Source: Listeria riparia FSL S10-1204
GTDB lineage: Bacteria; Bacillota; Bacilli; Lactobacillales; Listeriaceae
DNA: 32,000 bases
Direction: 5' to 3'
Assembly (NCBI RefSeq): GCF_000525995.1
Contig: NZ_AODL01000007.1
Location: 347,252 to 379,251, forward strand
Every line of letters begins with the position of its first letter. Within the stretch, counting starts at the first letter, position 1. Below are positions 26,562-32,000 of the stretch, one piece after another. The notes under the pieces are model-generated. The model was not told the origin of the DNA. It worked only from the letters and a program-made list of their open reading frames with translations, and did no database searches. The position numbers were made by a program, and so were the translations under genes.

Positions 26562-26589
26562 TATAATTTGTCTATGTTTGACTAGACAA
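26562..26589 (+). promoter_or_regulatory. -10 box plus an inverted repeat, a candidate HutC/GntR operator.
   Basis: TATAAT is at 26562-26567. It is followed by TTGTCTA (26568-26574), an 8-nt spacer and TAGACAA (26583-26589). The 9-mer GACTAGACA (26580-26588) recurs at 25172-25180, over the -35 of the EIIC promoter. Confidence 0.4.
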
Positions 26590-26609
26590 TTAGAAAGAGA
26601 GGCGCCAAG

Positions 26610-27324
26610 ATGACGAAATACGAAGAAATCTCTAAAGATATTCGGGACAAAATTCATTCCGGCATCTATCCTCCAGAATCATTACTGCCAGACCAGTTAA
26701 CCCTTTGCAAAACATACGATTGCAGCCGCATGACGATAAAAAAAGCATTTGATATTTTGGCGATGGAAGGCTTGGTTTACAGACAACGTGGTGCAGGAAC
26801 TTTTGTAATGAAAAATGCCTTAGCGAACAAGCAGGACGCGAGCTTGCGCGACTACGAAGGCTTGACCAAAATGATGGGAAAAAAACATATTTCAAGCCAA
26901 GTTATCGAATTTACGATTGGCTTCCCTAATGCAAAAGTACAGGAACAACTGCTAATAAAAAAAAGACGAGCCAGTATATTCTATTGTGCGGTTGCGACTT
27001 CTTGATAAGAAACCTTATGTTTTGGAGCACACGTTCATGCCGCTAAATGTTGTCACTGGTTTGAATGAAACGATTTTGCACGGTTCGATTTATGATTATT
27101 TAAAACAAGAGCTTGGACTAATTATGAGCGGTGCCTTCCGAAAAATTAATGCGGACAAGCCGTCTGACTACGACAAACTGTATTTGAATTGCGGTGAACA
27201 CGACCCGGTTCTTGAGGTGGAGCAAGTTGTGTATTCAAAAGATGGACGCCCGATTGAATATTCTCGTTCGCGACACCGTTATGATACGCGAAGTTTTATT
27301 ATGTTAGATCATCGTGAACCGTGA
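26610..27324 (+). CDS. GntR/HutC-family transcriptional regulator (wHTH plus UTRA domain), with the frame broken at an A8 run.
   Basis: The N-terminus is MTKYEEISKDIRDKIHSGIYPPESLLPDQLTLCKTYDCSRMTIKKAFDILAMEGLVYRQRGAGTFV. With A7 instead of A8 at 26957-26964 the frame reads ..LIKKDEPVYSIVRLRLLDKKPYVLEHTFMP.., joining track ORFs 26610..27005 and 26986..27324 into 237 aa. Confidence 0.85.
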
Positions 27325-27388
27325 GAGGAAGTTGGGGTGTCTTAAAACTAATAAAGACACGCGCCCGTGATAAAAGGCTTGTTGACCT

Positions 27389-27438
27389 AAAAAATACGTA
27401 TCAAAAATCTAAAATCAGATTTTTGATACGTATTTTTT
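27389..27438. terminator. Perfect 22-bp-stem hairpin, a bidirectional Rho-independent terminator.
   Basis: AAAAAATACGTATCAAAAATCT (27389-27410) pairs with AGATTTTTGATACGTATTTTTT (27417-27438) across a 6-nt loop. A and T tracts lie on both sides. Confidence 0.8.
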
Positions 27439-27559
27439 GTAACCAGACATAATTTCCAACTTCCTTTCCTTTTGTGTTTACTTGAGAACAATATACCATT
27501 TCATTTTACTGTCTACTACCGATAGTATACATCCAAAGCGTACATCTCTATAGATAGGT

Positions 27560-27588
27560 TTGACCAATATAGAAAACTATTGCATAAT
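27560..27588 (+). promoter_or_regulatory. Putative sigmaA promoter of the helicase operon.
   Basis: TTGACC (27560-27565), a 17-nt spacer, then CATAAT (27583-27588). A second TATAAT lies at 27593-27598. The 8-bp palindrome TCTATAGA (27547-27554) sits just upstream, and the SD GGGAGGA is at 27605-27611. Confidence 0.55.
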
Positions 27589-27618
27589 ATAGGTATAATA
27601 TAACAGGGAGGATTTGTT

Positions 27619-29508
27619 TTGATGAATATAAATTATTTTAGAGATATAGAAACTAATATTTTGGAAAATGAGAGCTTACGAGAGCCCCAAAAACAAGCAT
27701 ATTATGAAGTATATGAACATTTCATTCGAAAAGAAAGTGATAAGCATGCTATTGTAGTGTTGCCAACAGGCGTTGGAAAAACTGGGTTAATGTCAATCTT
27801 GCCGTATAATATTTCTTCAGGCAGAGTGTTGATAATTGCGCCTCAATTAACAGTTAAAGATACGATAGTGAAGCAGTTAGATAGTAGTTCTTCTCAAAAT
27901 TTCTTAACGAAGTTAGGGATAATAACGAACCCTCATAATTTGCCTCAAATGATTGAGTACGATGGTGAGAATACCCCTCAATCGATTTTAGATATGGCAA
28001 ATATAGTGATTACAAATATACAAAAATTACAGAGTAGGAATAATTCTTCACTGCTTAGGAGGTTGCCAAAGGATTACTTTGATATGATAATTATTGATGA
28101 AGGTCATCACTCAGCAGCGAAGACTTGGTTAGAGAATTTAGATCATTTTTCTAAAGCAAAGGTTGTGAAAATAACAGCAACTCCATATAGATCAGACAAT
28201 AAACCACTGAGTGGTGAATTAATATACAAATATAAGCTTAGTCAAGCAATGGCAAAAGGTTATGTTAAATCATTAGAGAAATTTGATTATATCCCCCAAG
28301 AATTGAGGCTAACAATTGATAAAAATGAAGATAAGACATATTCGGTTCAAGAAATATTAGACTTAAATCTTAAAGACAATGATTGGATAACCCGGACAGT
28401 TGCATATTCAGATGATTGCAAGAGGGACGTCGTACTTGAAAGTATAGCGTTATTAAACGAAAAAAGAAGAGGTACCACTGTGCCACACAAAATTATAGCA
28501 GTAGCTAGCAACATAGATGAAGCTATTAAGATAGAACAGATGTATAAGGATCAGGGTGTTGAAGCAGTCATTATACATAGTGATTTAGGTGAATTTGAGA
28601 AGAGGCGCGCATTTTCAGATATAGAGAATAACAGAGTCAAGGTAGTTGTAAACATAAATATGATGGGGGAAGGCTATGATCATAAATATTTATCTGTGGC
28701 AGCGATATTTAGAGTATTTAAGAATCTCTCACCCTATGAGCAGTTTATTGGCAGGATATTGCGGGTAATACCAGATAACGAGGTAGTTAAAGCGTCAGAT
28801 AATATAGGAAGCGTAGTAGTCCACAAAAACCTAGGATTAGACGAACTTTGGGAATATTATAAGAGACAACTTCAAGAAAGTGATATAATAAAAGAGCTAA
28901 AGGAATTTGATGATGAGATAATTCCAGAAGATCCGAAAAAGATTGGAGAGTTAAGTGAGGCTAGGGTTTTAGATGTGGGAGGTGCTTTTGACAATGGTCA
29001 GGGCGAGTTAAGGAAGAGCTCATACTTAACTACTGAGCTAATAAAAGAAAATCAACGCGAGGAAAAAGAACGGAATGAAAAGATTAAGTCTTTACAAGAG
29101 CTGCTAAACATTTCAAAGAACGAAGCAATTCAAGTTATTGATCAGGCTGATTCGAATAATTCAGTTCACAAGCGTCCAGATTTGTTTTATAATGAGAAAA
29201 GGAAAAATATCGATGTGGATATAAGGGAAAGATATGTTCCAGAAATATTGGTAGCGGCAAATTTGGAGTTAGATGGTAGTGAGCTAAAAGATAATCCCAT
29301 ATTCAAGGCTAACAATTATAGGTGGATTCCCCAACGTATTAAGGTAAACGGAGGAATGTTAGCCACATATTTTAATCATTATTTGAAAACACAAATTGGT
29401 GCGGCAAAAAAAGATTGGACTTTGGAAGATTACGATCAAGCATTTGGCTTACTAGACCAACAGGCGGAATATGTTAAGACATTTCTAGCGTGTGAAGGAG
29501 AGGATTAA
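27619..29508 (+). CDS. Stand-alone SF2 DExH helicase (ResIII / type III restriction Res-like N-terminus plus Helicase_C) with an uncharacterised C-terminal region of about 200 aa.
   Basis: Motif I is VLPTGVGKTG, Ia is LIIAPQLTV and II is IIIDEGHH. Motif III is ITATPYR, followed by YKYKLSQAMAKGYVK. Motif V-like is MMGEGYD and motif VI is QFIGRILR. The start is TTG at 27619 or ATG at 27622. No methyltransferase or recognisable nuclease gene is adjacent. Confidence 0.9.
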   Translation: MMNINYFRDIETNILENESLREPQKQAYYEVYEHFIRKESDKHAIVVLPTGVGKTGLMSILPYNISSGRVLIIAPQLTVKDTIVKQLDSSSSQNFLTKLGIITNPHNLPQMIEYDGENTPQSILDMANIVITNIQKLQSRNNSSLLRRLPKDYFDMIIIDEGHHSAAKTWLENLDHFSKAKVVKITATPYRSDNKPLSGELIYKYKLSQAMAKGYVKSLEKFDYIPQELRLTIDKNEDKTYSVQEILDLNLKDNDWITRTVAYSDDCKRDVVLESIALLNEKRRGTTVPHKIIAVASNIDEAIKIEQMYKDQGVEAVIIHSDLGEFEKRRAFSDIENNRVKVVVNINMMGEGYDHKYLSVAAIFRVFKNLSPYEQFIGRILRVIPDNEVVKASDNIGSVVVHKNLGLDELWEYYKRQLQESDIIKELKEFDDEIIPEDPKKIGELSEARVLDVGGAFDNGQGELRKSSYLTTELIKENQREEKERNEKIKSLQELLNISKNEAIQVIDQADSNNSVHKRPDLFYNEKRKNIDVDIRERYVPEILVAANLELDGSELKDNPIFKANNYRWIPQRIKVNGGMLATYFNHYLKTQIGAAKKDWTLEDYDQAFGLLDQQAEYVKTFLACEGED

Positions 29509-29509
29509 G

Positions 29510-29771
29510 ATGGATAAAAATGTAAAAAAAAATATACGACTTAATGTATAGTCCAATATTAACCCCATATAATTTATTGGAAAATATAAGATTGGACAAT
29601 TATGAATATGTAAATTACAGAAAAGAAAAGGAATTAGTGGTTTGTGAGATGAAAGTAAAAGTAGGTAAAGACACAGTTATTTTTGCATATTACTTTAATG
29701 AGGATAACCACTTGCAATTTGCTGACGCGAGTAATTTAAATGATGATAGCGTTATGGTTATTTTTGATTAG
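29510..29771 (+). CDS. Hypothetical 86-aa protein translationally coupled to the helicase, with the frame broken at an A9 run.
   Basis: ATG at 29510 lies 1 nt after the helicase stop, and GAAGGAGAGGA is upstream. With A8 instead of A9 at 29524-29532 it reads MDKNVKKIYDLMYSPILTPYN.., continuing into track ORF 29544..29771. No motif is recognised. Confidence 0.55.
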
Positions 29772-29896
29772 AGAGAGAAGTATTACAGATGCTGTTAATG
29801 AATTTGATAGCAATATGATTCGTTGCTTTTCGGTTGTATAAATTTTTTTAACCAATCAGCGGGGCGGGGGGCGAAACCCTCACAACCCATCATAGA

Positions 29897-29930
29897 GCCT
29901 CAACAGATTTCGTGTCTGTTGGGGCTTTTA
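29897..29930 (+). terminator. Rho-independent terminator of the helicase operon.
   Basis: GCCTCAACAGA (29897-29907) pairs with TCTGTTGGGGC (29915-29925), an 11-bp stem with one G-U pair and a 7-nt loop, followed by TTTT. Confidence 0.75.
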
Positions 29931-30068
29931 AATTTACCGGATAAATGACTTCATATCCGAACATCCACTCACCTAAAGGGATATTTTTCATTTTAATCAA
30001 ATACAAAAAATTTATGGGAATTGTAAAGAGAGCTTCTGTGTTTTACATATTGAAAAATACCTTTATTG

Positions 30069-30203
30069 TTAGGATTGCTGGCTAATCATGCCACTATTCT
30101 TATTATATTCAATAATGCCTGAAATTTTTTCATCAGGACCGTATTTATAAACGACTTTTTCCTCATTTTCGTACTCTTTTGTCATGATAATGAAAACAGC
30201 CAT
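30069..30203 (-). CDS. 44-aa ORF, possibly a truncated remnant of an immunity-type protein.
   Basis: It is not in the ORF track because it is under 60 aa. ATG at 30203 follows AGGAG at 6-nt spacing, directly after the stop of the 112-aa gene. The sequence is MAVFIIMTKEYENEEKVVYKYGPDEKISGIIEYNKNSGMISQQS*. Confidence 0.35.
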   Translation of the reverse strand: MAVFIIMTKEYENEEKVVYKYGPDEKISGIIEYNKNSGMISQQS

Positions 30204-30218
30204 TGTGTCACTCCTAAT

Positions 30219-30557
30219 TTACAAATCCCCTGACTCTGCCAGCTCATCAATTAGCTCTTTTTCAAAGGAGTCTAAACGTGTATATTCTTTGAGGGAAGCC
30301 AAATCAATTCCCAATTTTTTTAAAGTAGCTAAGGCAAAATCTCCGACTGTATAAAATCCTAACATTTTATTTTCCAATGTTTGCTCTCTTCTTCCAGAAA
30401 TACTAATAAGTTTTTGAATTATAATTGGATCAGTAATTTTTTTATCAATAATCTCATGCATCGTGTTGTAAAGTACGATGGCATTCCCTGTGCTAAGATA
30501 GTTCTCTAAATCACCTATCTCGTATTGACCATTATTAAGTTTTTCAATTATTGTCAT
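30219..30557 (-). CDS. Hypothetical 112-aa acidic helical protein (immunity-protein-like character).
   Basis: ATG at 30557 follows GAGGAAAC, an SD that overlaps the stop of the 41-aa ORF. The protein is predicted helical with an acidic C-terminus (ELIDELAESGDL). No catalytic motif is present. Confidence 0.6.
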   Translation of the reverse strand: MTIIEKLNNGQYEIGDLENYLSTGNAIVLYNTMHEIIDKKITDPIIIQKLISISGRREQTLENKMLGFYTVGDFALATLKKLGIDLASLKEYTRLDSFEKELIDELAESGDL

Positions 30558-30567
30558 ATTAGTTTCC

Positions 30568-30693
30568 TCACTTCAAATGATTTGTGATGTGTTGCCTTTC
30601 GACCAGATAGTTTTCGAATAGTTGATTCGCAATATCTTTTCTCCCTATACTATCTGCCCAATGTATTTCTTGCATATACACATCGAATTCCAT
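30568..30693 (-). CDS. 41-aa ORF.
   Basis: It is not in the ORF track. ATG at 30693 follows GAGG at 6-nt spacing. The sequence is MEFDVYMQEIHWADSIGRKDIANQLFENYLVERQHITNHLK*. Its stop overlaps the SD of the next gene. Confidence 0.35.
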   Translation of the reverse strand: MEFDVYMQEIHWADSIGRKDIANQLFENYLVERQHITNHLK

Positions 30694-30791
30694 TTTAAGC
30701 CTCGCTTTTGGTTATCTTTTTTAATTCGTCAATAATCATTGTGAATGCCACTACCATAAATAAAATAAATAGAATATAAATTGCTTTTCAT

Positions 30792-31433
30792 TCATGCAAT
30801 AAATTGAATATATTCTCCATCAGAAAACGGTTCTGTAATTTCTCCTTGATCTAGCAATTCTTTTTCTCTAGATTGCAGTAAAGATAAAAGGTAGGTGTTG
30901 GTAAAAGCGTAGAAAAGAGCGTCCATTCTATCTAAAATTTGGGACTCATCTAAAATCTGCATATTTGAGTTAACAAAACAAATTTTCCAGTCCGTTTCAT
31001 TTATATTATTTAGTAGAATACTCATTGGCTTTAAATTTATTACTCCGTTAGAGAAAAATTTCTCGATTTTTAGTCTTTCAATAGCTGCTATTAAAAGTGG
31101 TAAGTCAAATAACTCTCCACCAATGTCTAAATCATTTTGTTCCTGTATAAGCTTTCGGACATATTTTTTTGAATAAAACGATGAAAGACGATTTATATAA
31201 AAATATATTGCCGCAGAATCTTCTGAGGTGAATGTAGCTATTTGTTGGTGCACTGGTGTATTTTGATGGTCCACAACGACCAAATTAAGTATCCAATTAT
31301 CCCCTACTTTACAAATCTCATGATAGTTGCTATATGGAGGGAGTATTTCTTTTATTATTTCACCGTTGTAGCGTGTTTCTTTCCCTTCATCCGTTAGTAA
31401 TCTTGCTACTTGTTCCAAATTCATGCTTATCAT
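30792..31433 (-). CDS. Hypothetical 213-aa cytoplasmic protein (candidate immunity protein).
   Basis: This is a long ORF in very AT-rich DNA. The more likely start is the second ATG (31424, MNLEQVARLL), with AAGGA 8 nt upstream. A candidate promoter is TTGAGA-17-TATATT, inside the upstream remnant ORF. No motif is recognised. Confidence 0.65.
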   Translation of the reverse strand: MISMNLEQVARLLTDEGKETRYNGEIIKEILPPYSNYHEICKVGDNWILNLVVVDHQNTPVHQQIATFTSEDSAAIYFYINRLSSFYSKKYVRKLIQEQNDLDIGGELFDLPLLIAAIERLKIEKFFSNGVINLKPMSILLNNINETDWKICFVNSNMQILDESQILDRMDALFYAFTNTYLLSLLQSREKELLDQGEITEPFSDGEYIQFIA

Positions 31434-31440
31434 CCTTTTT

Positions 31441-31617
31441 CTATTTTATTTGACGAATATAATTATTGGCCAGCAAATTCTCAACTGTAGCATCAATAAG
31501 TTGCCCCTTTTTATTGAGTATTTTAGTCTCTCCAGAGAAATATTGAATACCTCCACCGACTCGATCAAACCAAGGAAAATAATTGCATTGTCTTCTAAAA
31601 AACGGGACATATAACAT
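31441..31617 (-). pseudogene. Possible 3' remnant of a toxin-type gene (58 codons, no SD).
   Basis: The ORF ..YFPWFDRVGGGIQYFSGETKILNKKGQLIDATVENLLANNYIRQIK* ends 7 nt before the 213-aa gene, so that gene's SD lies in its 3' end. It begins immediately after the terminator-like hairpin of the ABC-2 gene and has no ribosome-binding site. The interpretation is weak. Confidence 0.25.
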
Positions 31618-31671
31618 AAACAAAACCACAAAAACCCCACCTACGCCAAAACGCAAATGGGGCTTTTCATC

Positions 31672-32000
31672 CTAACTTCTCAACCCGCGGCCTCTCTCAA
31701 TCAAATACCAACAAGCAATATAAAGCACGAGGCTAAATAAAACAAGAATCGCGATGGAAACCATCACGGGAATGTCGGTCTTGCCAAGAAAACCGTATCG
31801 GAATCCGGAAACCATGTAAACAATCGGGTTTACTTTGGAAACGGCTTGCCAAAATGGTGGTAACATCGAAATGGCGTAAAATACTCCGCCAAGATACGTT
31901 AGTGGCTGCAAAACGAAGGTCGGAATAATCGACACGTCGTCAAAGGAACGCGCGAAAAGACCGTTTAGCAAACCTGCTAACGAGAACAGAATGGCTGTCA
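31672..32000 (-). CDS. ABC-2-type transporter permease, C-terminal part (5' end beyond window).
   Basis: The TM-rich sequence ..IIPTFVLQPLTYLGGVFYAISMLPPFWQAVSKVNPIVYMVSGFRYGFLG.. is typical of ABC-2 permeases. The frame is open to the window edge. Confidence 0.8.
   Translation of the reverse strand, partial: TAILFSLAGLLNGLFARSFDDVSIIPTFVLQPLTYLGGVFYAISMLPPFWQAVSKVNPIVYMVSGFRYGFLGKTDIPVMVSIAILVLFSLVLYIACWYLIERGRGLRS

Noticed and set aside
24589-26657. ORFs antisense to topB (24589..24882, 24597..25022) and to the EIIC gene (25526..25873, 26318..26557, 26415..26657), and 26632..26895 antisense to the GntR gene.
   Set aside because: They are nested opposite strongly supported genes and have no SD or motifs.
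29100-29330. Possible PD-(D/E)xK nuclease motif in the helicase C-terminal region (RPD...ELDGSELK).
   Set aside because: The D-to-ExK spacing of about 38 residues is atypical, and short motifs like this occur by chance. It cannot be claimed without a profile or structure comparison.
29769-29845. Possible 24-codon C-terminal extension of the 86-aa ORF (IRERSITDAVNEFDSNMIRCFSVV*) through another indel in the T5 run at about 29761-29765.
   Set aside because: It is plausible given the assembly's homopolymer problem, but there is no homology or motif to support it.
29858-29896. GC-rich patch cagcggggcggggggcgaaaccctcacaaccc in AT-rich DNA, which might be a tRNA fragment, an att site or a G-quadruplex.
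   Set aside because: There is no T-arm or acceptor-like sequence (no GGTTCGAATCC-type motif). There are only two or three G-runs. No matching repeat occurs at the other island boundary. It may simply be part of the 3' UTR before the terminator.
27439-31670. The AT-rich island as a recognisable mobile element (prophage, ICE or IS).
   Set aside because: No integrase, transposase, recombinase, terminal inverted repeats or flanking direct repeats are detectable in the window. I describe it only as a compositionally distinct island.

Overview
This looks like chromosomal DNA from a low-GC Gram-positive bacterium (Bacilli). The gene content is Listeriaceae-like: several PrfA/Crp-type regulators, a GtrB-like plus GT-C glycosylation pair, and adhesins built from DUF5011, SdrD-B and Big_2 type repeats. 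That taxonomic call is inference only. I found no rRNA, tRNA, CRISPR array, transposase or integrase.

The window falls into three blocks.

(i) 1-15,318 is an AT-rich accessory cell-surface locus read entirely on the minus strand. Sampled lines give about 30-37% GC, against about 42-57% in the core genes. It holds two giant repeat adhesins, a GtrB/CsbB-like GT2, a processive QxxRW GT2 synthase, and a GT-C (PMT_2/ArnT-like) membrane glycosyltransferase. It also holds an extra sortase, a 60-aa ORF that is little more than a sorting-signal-like module (VPMTG, hydrophobic stretch, KNKRK), and an alpha-carbonic-anhydrase-like lipoprotein lacking two of its three zinc histidines. A strongly degenerate UDP-GlcNAc 2-epimerase-like protein, a GntR-type HTH-only protein and two PrfA/Crp-family regulators complete it.

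(ii) 15.7-27.3 kb is ordinary core DNA. It encodes a small membrane protein, bacterial NO synthase oxygenase, a coiled-coil lipoprotein, DUF1295, a DAK2-DegV fusion, DUF2177, an S66 LD-carboxypeptidase, topoisomerase III, a PTS cellobiose-family EIIC and its HutC/GntR regulator.

(iii) 27.4-31.66 kb is a very AT-rich island (about 28-35% GC in sampled lines) between the GntR gene and an ABC-2 permease. It carries a stand-alone SF2 DExH helicase (ResIII-like) translationally coupled to an 86-aa ORF. Convergent to that is an operon of small hypothetical proteins with orphan toxin-remnant/immunity-like organisation.

Major caveat: at least ten genes are broken by single-base indels, all inside A/T homopolymers and spread over the whole window. 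This most likely reflects homopolymer sequencing or assembly error. For those genes I give reconstructed gene spans, with start codons chosen by Shine-Dalgarno context.
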